This document shows positions 29,619 through 38,340 of a DNA stretch of 64,000 bases, piece after piece. The position numbers and the translations under genes were made by a program. Source of the stretch: an uncultured Pseudomonadota bacterium (GTDB lineage Bacteria > Myxococcota_A > Polyangia > Fen-1088); assembly GCA_963831685.1 (NCBI GenBank), contig CAWHRJ010000004.1, forward strand, positions 448,812 through 512,811, given 5' to 3'. The notes below the pieces were generated by a model that saw nothing but the letters and a program-made list of their open reading frames with translations, was not told the DNA's origin and ran no database searches. Numbering within the stretch: position 1 is the first letter of the stretch; each line of letters opens with the position of its first letter.

Positions 29619-30517
29619 CGCATCGACATCGACCAGCTGGCGATCGTCTTGCTGCCGTTGAACTTGGGGAACATCGGCATGCGCGAGAGGACGCAGCTGG
29701 CGAACCCGCCCTTCTGACCATTCACCTTCACCGCGGAGACCTTGCCGGTGCCGCGCACGACGAAGTCGAGGCTCATCTCGCTGAGGCCCGGGTTGTGCTT
29801 TCGCTCGGCCATGAGGCAGGGAACGAGGCCCCGGTAGTGGTGCATCATCGACTCCTCGATGACGCCGTCGTCGAGGGTCTCGTCGCCCGCGCTGGCGAAC
29901 TTCGAGGCGTCGCCGATGTTCGTGTCGTTGCTGAACTCCCCGTCCTCGGCTTTCGAGCCGCTGGCGTGGTGGCCGCTGCCGCGCTTGGCGACGTGCGCGC
30001 TCTGGAAGCTCAGCTTGACGTCCTTGAGGAACGCGTCGACCTCGGCCTCCTCCTCGCGCGACGCCAGCTTGGTCTCGTCTGTCGCCTTGCGCGTCATGAC
30101 GTAGAAGCCGACGCCGCCCGCCGCCACCAGCAGGAAGACGATGCTGAACAAGAACGTCGCCGCGCGCTTCTTCTTCTCGGTGCTCTCCATCGTCTGCTCG
30201 GCGGTCGCGCGCCGCTTCTGCTCGCGGCGGCGCTCCGCGGTCTTGGTGAACTCGCCCAGCGCCGGGAAGTCCTTCACCTTCTTGCGCGCGCCGGTGTCGC
30301 TGTCGACGATCATGTGCTCGCCGATGATCTCGCCGCGCGCGATCTGCGCGCGGATTTGCGCCAGCGAGAACGGCCCGAAGTCGAGCTTGTCCTTCTGGAT
30401 GAGCCAGCGCTCCTGGGTCTCGTCGACGACGCCGCCCGCCGCCTCGGCGACGTTGAAGGCGTGCCCGAGCGAGCTGCGCGGCGGCGGCGCCGCCGGGGGC
30501 TCGACCGACTGCTGCAC
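29615..30517 (-). CDS. GYF_2-domain / TM / C-terminal beta-domain protein, probably the C-terminal half of the upstream kinase-like gene
   Basis: The GYF-type motif is WLIQKDKLDFGPFSLAQIRAQIARGEIIGEHMIVDSDTG. A K/R-rich stretch is followed by the TM FLFSIVFLLVAAGGVGFYVM. The frame stays open upstream of the annotated GTG. Confidence 0.7.
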   Translation of the reverse strand: MQQSVEPPAAPPPRSSLGHAFNVAEAAGGVVDETQERWLIQKDKLDFGPFSLAQIRAQIARGEIIGEHMIVDSDTGARKKVKDFPALGEFTKTAERRREQKRRATAEQTMESTEKKKRAATFLFSIVFLLVAAGGVGFYVMTRKATDETKLASREEEAEVDAFLKDVKLSFQSAHVAKRGSGHHASGSKAEDGEFSNDTNIGDASKFASAGDETLDDGVIEESMMHHYRGLVPCLMAERKHNPGLSEMSLDFVVRGTGKVSAVKVNGQKGGFASCVLSRMPMFPKFNGSKTIASWSMSMR

Positions 30518-31422
30518 GGCGGCCTGCCGGGCCGCGACGTTCGCGCCGTGGCCGCTTGGGACGGGGCGGCGGCCGGCGCGCCGTTGGCAGCAGGCTGGGC
30601 CAGGGCGGCGGCGAGCGCGTCGCGCAGCTCCATCGGCGAGGCGAAGCGGGCCGCGGGATCCTGGGCGAACGCCGCGGCCAGGATGGAGTCGACGATGGGG
30701 GGGACGTCTGCCGCGACCTGCGAGACCGGCGTGAACGGCGTCGACGGGAGGCGGCCGGTGACGACCTCGTAGAGCATGACCCCCAGCGAGTAGACGTCGG
30801 AGGCCGTGGTCGGCGCCGCCCCGGCCAGCACCTCGGGGGAGCAGTAAACGTGGTCGGGGGCGCCGCTGGGCGCGCCGCGCCGGGCCAGCGCCGGGACGGT
30901 GCGCGAAAGGCCGAGGTCGGCCACCTTGACGCGCCCGGCCTTGTTGACCCAGATGGCCGCCGGGTTGAGGCCGCCGTGGGGCATGAGGCCGGCCGCGCTC
31001 TCGAGGCCGTTCGCCACGTGCGTGATCAGGTTGCAGGCGCCCTTGAAGGAGACGTTGCGCCCCTCGCGCCGTTTGCCGTCGATGAAGTCGCGCAGCGTCT
31101 GGCCGTCGAGCAGCTCGGTGGCGATGAAGTAGTAGTCGGCCTCGCGGCCGACGGTCAGCACGTCGATCAGGTTCTTGTGGACGAGGGCGCTGGCGTTCTC
31201 GATGTCGGTCACCAGCTGCGCGGCGGCGGGGCCCAGCGTGCGCAGCGAGATGACACGGACCGCGGCGGGGCCGCGCCGGTTGGCGTCGGTCGCCCGATAG
31301 GTCTGGCTGACAGAATCTTGACCCAGGAGGGCGTCGAGCCTGAACCGGCTGCCAACGACGGCGCCGGCTTGAAACTGCCCGGCGGGGGCCGACACGGCGA
31401 GCGAGTCACGTGCGGGGGCCAT
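30310..31422 (-). CDS. Ser/Thr-kinase-like domain protein with degenerate catalytic motifs (predicted pseudokinase); the last about 90 codons look out of frame
   Basis: The kinase fold is recognisable (ATELLDGQTLRDF, KVADLGLS, SPEVL, DVYSLGVMLYE). However the HRDLKPxN motif reads HGGLNPAA, VAIK reads AVRVI, and there is no Gly-rich loop. The tail is R/S-rich and overlaps the GYF ORF. Confidence 0.7.
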   Translation of the reverse strand: MAPARDSLAVSAPAGQFQAGAVVGSRFRLDALLGQDSVSQTYRATDANRRGPAAVRVISLRTLGPAAAQLVTDIENASALVHKNLIDVLTVGREADYYFIATELLDGQTLRDFIDGKRREGRNVSFKGACNLITHVANGLESAAGLMPHGGLNPAAIWVNKAGRVKVADLGLSRTVPALARRGAPSGAPDHVYCSPEVLAGAAPTTASDVYSLGVMLYEVVTGRLPSTPFTPVSQVAADVPPIVDSILAAAFAQDPAARFASPMELRDALAAALAQPAANGAPAAAPSQAATARTSRPGRPPCSSRSSPRRRRRRAARSGTPSTSPRRRAASSTRPRSAGSSRRTSSTSGRSRWRKSARRSRAARSSAST

Positions 31423-31485
31423 GCGAGGTCGACGACTTTATCAAAAAATGGGTACAAACCGAAGCCGCACGGCAGCGGCCCTGAT

Positions 31486-31965
31486 TTATTTGTTCTCGAC
31501 CACCTGCGGCAGCTTCTTGGCCTGCGCGATCCAGTCGGCCAGCTGCGGCTCGGTGGGCGGCTTTTCCGAGATCTTGGCCGTCTTGTTGGCGGCCCCCATG
31601 GCGGTGGTCAGCGGGCCGGCCTCCTTGGTCACCAGATCGGCCGTGCTCTTGACGCCGGCCGCCTCCAGCAGCAGGACCATCTCGGAGCCGACCCCCTTGA
31701 TGCGCAGCAGGTCGCAGCGGCGAACCAGATCCAGGAGCTCCGGGCCCTTGAGCCCGGTGGCCTTGGCCAGCGCCTTGCGATCCTTGCTCTTGGCCGCCTT
31801 GTCGAGCAGCTGCTCGGTCGTCTCGATCTTCCCCTTGTGCAGCTTCTCGACCTGGGGCTGGGTGATGAGGCGCGGAACGTCGGCGACCGCGTAGTGGCTG
31901 GCGCGCGCAATCCCAGCTGATGCCAGGAGCGCAAGCGACAGCAAAAATGGCAGCGTCTTTCGCAT
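31486..31965 (-). CDS. Secreted DUF4332-like (helix-hairpin-helix) protein
   Basis: The internal ATG at 31965 of track ORF 31486..32679 gives the signal peptide MRKTLPFLLSLALLASAGIARA. The HhH-like motif is LLRIKGVGSEMVLLLEAAGVKSTADL. Confidence 0.65.
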   Translation of the reverse strand: MRKTLPFLLSLALLASAGIARASHYAVADVPRLITQPQVEKLHKGKIETTEQLLDKAAKSKDRKALAKATGLKGPELLDLVRRCDLLRIKGVGSEMVLLLEAAGVKSTADLVTKEAGPLTTAMGAANKTAKISEKPPTEPQLADWIAQAKKLPQVVENK

Positions 31966-31976
31966 GGCAGCCTCCG

Positions 31977-32597
31977 TCAGAGCGTCTTGAAGCGGCGGAC
32001 CAGCTCGCGCAGTCGGCGCGAGCCGCCCCCTTCCCGGTAGATGAACCGCACGCCAGTCTGGTGCGGACCCGCATGATAGACAACGCGGCCCGAAAGGTCG
32101 AATGGCGCCTCGCTGCCAGGCGGGGTGATCTCCAGGACCACGTCGGTGCCGATCGGGGGTTGGACCCCACCCAGCACCAGGCCCCCGCTGACGCTGATCT
32201 CCCGCAGCTCGGCGTCGACCGATTCGAGCGCCGCGGTCACCCGGAGCTTGCAGGGGATGCCGATCGGGATGCGGGTGTGCTTGCGGCGGCGGGTGGCCGG
32301 GCGGACGCCGCGCAGGGTCTCGACCATGAAGTCGCGCTTGGCGGCCTCGTCCGAGTCGAAGGCGACGGTGGCCCCTGCCCGGACCCGCATGCGGGGCAGC
32401 GCAGGGCGCCAGGCGGTCACGTGACCGCGAATGAGCACCTTGTTCGGGAGCCCGTCGCAGGCCATCTCGACCACCACGGCCGTGCCGGGGGCGAGCTCGG
32501 TCGTCGTCGGGCAGAACACGCCGCCCGTGGGGAGATCTAACCGGTAGTGCTCCTCGAACTCTTCGAGGTTCCGACAGCGGACGCGGAGAATGTTCAC
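31977..32597 (-). CDS. PilZ domain protein
   Basis: The PilZ signature is RRRKHTRIPI...(D/E).S.SGG in TRRRKHTRIPIGIPCKL...ELREISVSGGLVL. It also has an N-terminal PilZ-like half. GTG start. Confidence 0.85.
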   Translation of the reverse strand: MNILRVRCRNLEEFEEHYRLDLPTGGVFCPTTTELAPGTAVVVEMACDGLPNKVLIRGHVTAWRPALPRMRVRAGATVAFDSDEAAKRDFMVETLRGVRPATRRRKHTRIPIGIPCKLRVTAALESVDAELREISVSGGLVLGGVQPPIGTDVVLEITPPGSEAPFDLSGRVVYHAGPHQTGVRFIYREGGGSRRLRELVRRFKTL

Positions 32598-32661
32598 TTA
32601 GGGGGCTCCGAGGTTTTGCAAAATAGCCGAGGGGCCGCGGATGTACTAGGGTTCTCGGCCC

Positions 32662-33527
32662 ATGCCCATCCGCGTACACATTGGCGGTTCCATTTGTCCC
32701 CCTGAGGAAGCGAAGGTATCAGTTTTTGACCGCGGTTTCCTCTATGGCGACAGCGTCTACGAAACCATCGGTACGTATCACGGGCGCCTCTTCGCAGGGC
32801 GCGATCACCTGGATCGGCTGGAACGCTCGGCGGAACGGATTGGTCTTCGCGCCCCGCCGCGCGCCGCCATCGAGAAAGCGATGGCCGAAACGATCGCGGC
32901 GGCTGGCTTCCCCGAGTCGCGCGTGCGCGTCATCCTGACCCGGGGGTCGGCAAGCTGGATCTCGATCCGGCGTCGACCGACGACACGCAGCTCGTGGTCA
33001 TCGTCTACCCGCTGGGCGCGCCGACGGCCGAGATGTACGAAAAGGGGGTCGCGGTGGCGATCGTGTCGATCACGCGCAACAGCCCGGCCGCCATGGACCC
33101 GAAGGTGAAATCGGGCAACTACCTGAACAACGTGCTGGCGCTGGGCGAGGCGCGCCGGCGCAACAAGGCCTACGAGGCGATCCTCTGCGGCGGCGACGGC
33201 AGCATCGCCGAGGGATCGACCAGCAACATCTTCGTCGTCGCGGGCGGCGAGGTCCGGACGCCGCCCCCCGAGGTCGGCATCCTGGACGGCATCACGCGCG
33301 CCAAGGTGATCGAGCTCTGCCGGGCGAACGGCGTGGCGTTCGCCGAGCGCCGCATCTCCCCCGACGAGCTGCGCGGCGCGGACGAGGCGTTCATCACCAG
33401 CGCCACGCGTGGCGTCCTGCCGGTCACCGCCGTCGACGAAAAGCCGGTGGCGGGCGGCCTACCGGGACCTGTCACCCGGAAGCTGATGGGTCTTTACGAC
33501 GCGCTCGCACTCCGGGGCGTAGACTAG
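32662..33527 (+). pseudogene. Class IV (branched-chain/D-amino-acid/ADC-lyase type) aminotransferase, single frame break
   Basis: FDRGFLYGDSVYET is in ORF 32662... The C-terminal part, KSGNYLNNVLALGEA...EGSTSNIFVV...GILDGITR, is in ORF 32994..33527. The break sits at a G run, acccggggg|tcggcaag (about 32944-32948), and restores TRGVGKLDLDP. Confidence 0.85.
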
Positions 33528-33545
33528 TAGCGACAAGGTGACGAC

Positions 33546-33770
33546 GTGAATCCCGCCGCGACGTTGCTGCCGAAGTTCTTCGTGATCTGCAGCGTCATCC
33601 TGATCCTGACCGGGGTGGCGCAGTACTTCGTGCGCCCCCGCCGCGACAAGGAGACGCTGCCCGAGAAGATCGCCAACCGCGCGACGATCACGGCGCTGCT
33701 CTCGATCGCCTTCGGCCTCGCGGGCCTGCTCGTCGGCCTGGGCATCGTCCCGATGCCGCATTTTCACTGA
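33546..33770 (+). CDS. Small two-TM membrane protein (74 aa)
   Basis: GTG start, strong GC3 bias and two hydrophobic helices. Confidence 0.55.
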   Translation: MNPAATLLPKFFVICSVILILTGVAQYFVRPRRDKETLPEKIANRATITALLSIAFGLAGLLVGLGIVPMPHFH

Positions 33771-33792
33771 GCGCGGGCCGCTCAGCCGGGCG

Positions 33793-34818
33793 CTACCCCT
33801 TTTTGCCCTTGCCGCCCTTGCCGCCGCCGCCGGTGGCCTTGGCCAGCTTGGGCGAGACCATCACGCGCTCCTTCGGCAGGAACGACAGCGCCGCGGTGTA
33901 CGTCTTGGTCTTCTGTTGCTCCTGATCCTTCATCGCGCCCTTGTCGTCGGTCTTGTGCAGGCCGATCTTGGCGAAGGTGATCGCCGCGTAGGAGGCGATC
34001 GTCTCCTGCACGTTCGACAGGTGCTGGTCGAACTCCTGGCGGGTGACGGTGATCTTCAGGACCGGCTGATCGTCGAGCAGGCCGGTGTACGTCACCTGCT
34101 GCAGCTCGGGCGCCTTGGCGAACATCGTCGTCAGGAACTCCGCCCAGTAGGTCATCGCGCTGTTGAACGACAGCGTCTTCTCGTACTCGTCCTTGCCGCT
34201 CTCGAGATAGGGGTACGTCACCTCGACGGCCTTGTGGGGCTCATCGACGGTCATGGTCGGCTTGTGTTTGAAGTTGTCGTCGACGTGCGCGATCTTCTTC
34301 TTCTCCGCGAGGTGGCAGGTGTCCTCGAGGTCCTCGACCTCGCCGCGGTTCAAGCTGTGCATGAACGCCTTCTGCACCTCCTCGGCGAACAGCAGCGGGA
34401 TGGCGTTCTCGCACTTCGGCCCCTTGTCGCCGTGCTCGCGCCAGATCTTGGCCACCGGGTTGCCGCCGGTCTGGGCCTCCCCCTCGGTCTTGTAGAACGC
34501 GCCCAGGAAGGTGGTCGGCTCGAACGTGTTGCGCGTCATCGCGTAGCGATAGAGGAACTGCAGCGCGGGGTAGATCTGGTCGCGCTTGGTCGGCTGCTTC
34601 AGCGCGACGTGGATCTTCACGTCCTGACCGTCGGTCGGGCCGCTGACCTCGTCGCGGATGACCGTGAACTGCGGGATGCCGGCCGGGATCTTCGGCTGAT
34701 CGCAGCAGGTGGTCGGCGCGGCGGCCTTTTCAGTCTGGCAGGACGACAGGGAGAGCAGGGCGCAGAGGGGCACCCCGGCGAGAACCACAACGCTACGCGG
34801 CAGTTTCTGAGATCGCAT
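33793..34818 (-). CDS. Hypothetical lipoprotein with Gly/Lys tail
   Basis: ATG sits 5 nt after GGAGG. Lipobox LSLSSC. The composition is K/E/T-rich with more A/T-ending codons than its neighbours. The C-terminus is ATGGGGKGGKGKKG. Confidence 0.7.
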   Translation of the reverse strand: MRSQKLPRSVVVLAGVPLCALLSLSSCQTEKAAAPTTCCDQPKIPAGIPQFTVIRDEVSGPTDGQDVKIHVALKQPTKRDQIYPALQFLYRYAMTRNTFEPTTFLGAFYKTEGEAQTGGNPVAKIWREHGDKGPKCENAIPLLFAEEVQKAFMHSLNRGEVEDLEDTCHLAEKKKIAHVDDNFKHKPTMTVDEPHKAVEVTYPYLESGKDEYEKTLSFNSAMTYWAEFLTTMFAKAPELQQVTYTGLLDDQPVLKITVTRQEFDQHLSNVQETIASYAAITFAKIGLHKTDDKGAMKDQEQQKTKTYTAALSFLPKERVMVSPKLAKATGGGGKGGKGKKG

Positions 34819-34913
34819 CCGATCCTCCTCGAAGGTGACGCGGAACGTACCTCAACCCGCCGGCCTCAGGTGTCTTTCTTTCCAACCGGGTCGGGGTAGG
34901 GTATTGTACGTGG

Positions 34914-34940
34914 CCGGAGCTGATGCAGCTTCAGCTCCGG
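34914..34940 (+). promoter_or_regulatory. Perfect 10-bp stem / 7-nt loop hairpin CCGGAGCTGA-TGCAGCT-TCAGCTCCGG, 14 nt upstream of the ATG at 34955
   Basis: Read directly from the sequence. Confidence 0.4.
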
Positions 34941-34954
34941 GCTAAATCCATAAA

Positions 34955-35850
34955 ATGGCATCGAATGTCATGACGCGGCGACCTCGTCCATTCGCGCTGC
35001 TTTTTTCGATGATTCTGCTCTGCCTCGGGGCCAAAGAGGCGCGCGCGCAGCTGACGCCGCAGCAGAAACAGGACATCCACGTCCACTATCAGCAGGCGAC
35101 GCGCGCCTACGACCTCGGCAAGTACCAGGAGGCCGTCGACGAATACCAGAAGGTCTACGAGATCGACGGCGATCCGGTCATGCTCTACAACATCGGGCAG
35201 GCGTATCGGTTGAACGATCAGCCGCAAGAGTCGATTCACTTTTACCGGCGCTACCTGCAGCGGTCGCCCGAGGCGAGAAACCGCGACGACGTCGAGCGGA
35301 AGATTGCTTCGCTGGAAAGACTGATCGAGGAGCGCCGCAAGGCGGCCGCCGCGGTCGCGCCGCCGCCGCCCAAGAAGGAACCGCCGCCGCCGCCGCCCAA
35401 GGTCGAGGCGCCGCCGCCGCCGGTGGTCACACCGGTCGTGGTGGCGCCGCCGCCCCCGCCGCCACCGGAGCCGCCGTCGACCACGCGGCGGGTGGTCGGC
35501 TGGTCTATGATCGGCGTCGGCGTGGCGAGCGGCGTGGTCGCGGTCATCGAAGGGGTCAACGCCAAGAACAAGGGCGATCAGCTGACGCAGAACTCGATGA
35601 TGACGACAAACGGGATGATCCGACGTTCGACGCCAACCAGCAGTCCCTCCAGTCGGAGGGCAAGACCGCCAACATCGTCGCCATCGTTTGCGGCATCGGC
35701 GGCACGGCGCTGGCCGTGACCGGAGCAATCATCCTCATCACCAACGGCTCGTCGTCGAGCGACGCGCCGCCCACGTCGACGACCAGCGTCAGCTTCACCC
35801 CCTGGCTGGCCCCCGGACTGGTCGGCGGAGGAATGGGGTTGAGGTTCTAG
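34955..35850 (+). pseudogene. TPR / Pro-rich linker / membrane protein (cassette 2 anchor), one frame break near 35588
   Basis: The TPR block reads ATRAYDLGKYQEAVDEYQKVYEIDGDPVMLYNIGQAYRLN...FYRRYL. A PPPPPK linker and a TM follow. After ...GDQLTQ the protein-like continuation is in another frame: DDPTFDANQQSLQSEGKTANIVAIVCGIGGTALAVTGAIILITNG...FTPWLAPGLVGGGMGLRF, with the stop at 35848-35850. Confidence 0.75.
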
Positions 35851-35853
35851 ACC

Positions 35854-36888
35854 ATGCGATCGGCGCAGGTCCTGGCCGTCCGCGCGGCTCTGCTGGGCCT
35901 CGTGCTGGCGGGCACGGGCTGCTTTCGCCCAAAGATTCTGCCGGGCGGCTTCGCCTGCGGCGACGCCGGCGCAGGCGTCAACGGTATCTGCCCTGACGGC
36001 CTCCTCTGCGACCCGAGAAGCGGCACCTGCGTCTCGTCGATCGGTGGCGCCGGCGGTGGCGGGACGGGTGGCGCTGCGGGCAAGGGTGGGCAAGGCGGCC
36101 AGGGAGGCGGCAAGGCCGGCATGGACGGCGGCGTGCGCGACATGGCTCCGGACGTTCCCGTCACCTGCCTTCCGTCAGTGGCTACGACGACCTGTCCGGC
36201 GAGCGACGCCGGAACGGGGATGTGTGATCCGGTTTGCAACACCGGCTGCGGCCAATGCAACGAGAAGTGCTCGGTGAATACGTCGGGCAATCTCACCTGC
36301 AACATTCCAACAGGCGGAGGGACTGTCGGGTTGTCGCAGCCATGCAGTCCAAGCAAGTCCGGCGCGGCCCAGACCGACAACTGCGCGCCCGGCCTGGTCT
36401 GTCTCAACGTTTCCGTCTGCCAGTACCGCTGCTATCAGTTCTGCCGGACCAGCGCCGACTGCAGCAACGGAGCAGGCTGCTCGCGCGACGCCGGTGGCGG
36501 CTATTCCTTCTGCGACGTTCCCCAGACGACCTGCGACCCCATCTTGGGTGCGCAGAAGATCGGGTGCCCGGGTCCGCCCCTGTTCACCTGCTACCTGTCG
36601 TCGACTACTGACCAAACCGTCTGCGATTGTCAGACCGGTATGACCTCCGGCGCTGTGGGCGCTTCCTGTACGCGTTCCCGAGACTGCTTTGCGGGCCTCA
36701 TCTGTATCGACTTCCAGGGGAACGGCAGCAAGTTTTGCAAGAAGGTCTGTCGTCTTCCGGGTGACGGTGGCGTCAACCTGACGAACGCCGACGCGGGCGA
36801 AGAGGGCTGTGTCGACTACCGGAATTGCCTCCCGATCGTGCTGCCGAGCGGAACCAACGACCCGACTTACGGCTACTGCAACGAGTAG
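35854..36888 (+). CDS. Cys-rich secreted lipoprotein (cassette 2, copy A)
   Basis: ATG sits 3 nt after the upstream stop. Lipobox LAGTGC is followed by FRPKILPGGFACGD. It has a Gly-rich linker and more than 30 Cys, and ends in TYGYCNE. Confidence 0.8.
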   Translation: MRSAQVLAVRAALLGLVLAGTGCFRPKILPGGFACGDAGAGVNGICPDGLLCDPRSGTCVSSIGGAGGGGTGGAAGKGGQGGQGGGKAGMDGGVRDMAPDVPVTCLPSVATTTCPASDAGTGMCDPVCNTGCGQCNEKCSVNTSGNLTCNIPTGGGTVGLSQPCSPSKSGAAQTDNCAPGLVCLNVSVCQYRCYQFCRTSADCSNGAGCSRDAGGGYSFCDVPQTTCDPILGAQKIGCPGPPLFTCYLSSTTDQTVCDCQTGMTSGAVGASCTRSRDCFAGLICIDFQGNGSKFCKKVCRLPGDGGVNLTNADAGEEGCVDYRNCLPIVLPSGTNDPTYGYCNE

Positions 36889-36899
36889 GAGCGGCGACG

Positions 36900-37751
36900 G
36901 TGGCGAATCTCCGTCGTCTTGCGTTCGCTGTGCTCGCCATGGCGGCCATGGTCGGTTGCTACAGCCCGAACATCACGCCGGGAGGGTTCAGGTGCGGTGA
37001 CGGCAGCGCGTGCCCGGACAAGTTTCGCTGCGCGGCGGATGGACGCTGCTATCGGGAAGACATGGACGCCAGCCTCGACATCGCGGTGGACAGGCCGCCG
37101 GTCTGCACGTCGGTGACCTCGATTTCGACGCCGGTCTGTGCGAGCGGAGCCGTCGGCGGGCAGTGCAACCCGAGTTGCCAGACCGAATGCGGCGGGTGCG
37201 GTTGGTGTTCGGTGGTTGCGGGCGCGTCCAAGTGCCTGATCGGAACGGAAGGGGCAAATGACGTCGGGGCGGTCTGCGATCCGATCAGCTCGACCATCTC
37301 GACCAGCTGCAAGGCGGGGCTCTACTGCCAGCCGGAGTGCGGCGATACGACGGGCCGTTGCTACAGGTTTTGCTCGCAGGACAACAAGGATTGCGGATCG
37401 GGGTTGACGTGCACCGTGAACCTGCGGCAGGTAGGCGGCGCGGCGCCGATGGGGCAGTTCTTGCTCTGCACTCTCGCGTCGGCGACCTGCGACGTCGTCG
37501 GAAAAGCGGACTGTCCAGCGCCTTATGCCTGCTACCCGTTCGGAGCCCAGCAGACCGAGTGTGATTGCGCCGGAACGGCCAACACCGGCGAGCCTTGCGG
37601 GCCCGGCGTCAGCTGCGTTCCCGGCGACTGGTGCGTTCAATTCGGTGCCACTGGCAACAGCACCTGTCTTCAGGCGTGCAACGGTTCGGCGGACTGCACC
37701 ATGGGCGGCACGTGCAGTAATCCCGGAACGAAGTACGGCTACTGCATGTAG
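36900..37751 (+). CDS. Cys-rich secreted lipoprotein (cassette 2, copy B; paralogue of 35854..36888)
   Basis: GTG at 36900 sits 8 nt after AGGAG. Lipobox AAMVGC is followed by YSPNITPGGFRCGD, and the protein ends in KYGYCM. It shares Cys spacing with copy A. Confidence 0.8.
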   Translation: MANLRRLAFAVLAMAAMVGCYSPNITPGGFRCGDGSACPDKFRCAADGRCYREDMDASLDIAVDRPPVCTSVTSISTPVCASGAVGGQCNPSCQTECGGCGWCSVVAGASKCLIGTEGANDVGAVCDPISSTISTSCKAGLYCQPECGDTTGRCYRFCSQDNKDCGSGLTCTVNLRQVGGAAPMGQFLLCTLASATCDVVGKADCPAPYACYPFGAQQTECDCAGTANTGEPCGPGVSCVPGDWCVQFGATGNSTCLQACNGSADCTMGGTCSNPGTKYGYCM

Positions 37752-37817
37752 CTGCCCGAGGGATGGGCTCAGGATCGAATGATGTCGGGGAGCGCCGCGG
37801 CTGGTGCGACGGGCGGC

Positions 37818-38033
37818 TCAGGTGACGCGACGGGCTCGACGGGCCAGGTCTTCGAACGCGATCATGTCCTCGAGGTAGCGGAGCCGCTCCGAAGGACTGA
37901 GGCGCAGCCGCGCTGCGATCTGGCTCCGCTCGTCGGCGGATATCGGTGCTCTGCTCGTCGGGGCCGTCTCACCGCCGCTTGCCCGCGGCTCGGCCGGCTG
38001 GTGAGGCGGGTTGGTGGACCCCGGAGAGCTCAC
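37818..38033 (-). CDS. Small ORF (71 aa) downstream of and overlapping hepT; unknown function
   Basis: The GTG overlaps the hepT stop (GTGA). The N-terminus is Pro-rich and disordered. The C-terminus is helical (ERSQIAARLRLSPSERLRYLEDMIAFEDLARRARR). Codon bias is only moderate. Confidence 0.35.
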   Translation of the reverse strand: MSSPGSTNPPHQPAEPRASGGETAPTSRAPISADERSQIAARLRLSPSERLRYLEDMIAFEDLARRARRVT

Positions 38034-38340
38034 CTGACGCCGAATCGCTGGGCGATGACGGCGGCAAGCGTCCGAAGATCGTCGAGCCTGGTCGTGACGA
38101 TGCTCTCGAGGATACGCGGATCGATCGTCTGGTAGTTGTGGACCGCGAGGTTGCGGAAGCCGACCATCTTGCGCAGGCGGCCGGCGAGGGCGGGATCGAG
38201 CACACCGTGCTGCTCGAGCAGCGAGAACGTCTCGGCCACCCCGCTCGGCAGTCCGTAGCCCTCGGTCGCCACGACGTGAGCGGCGAGGTCGATCGCGGCC
38301 TGAGCGGCCCGCGTGAGGCTCAGGACGGTGATGTCCTTGC
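38030..38340 (-). CDS. hepT: HepT (DUF86/HEPN) toxin, conserved core; 5' end unresolved
   Basis: The RX4HXY motif appears in FRNLAVHNY, and the upstream helix is AAQAAIDLAAHVV. The frame is open into mntA but has no start codon upstream of GTG 38272. A HepT-like N-terminal helix (VRRTIEETILRRI) lies in the mntA frame, so an indel near 38335-38345 is likely. Confidence 0.8.
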
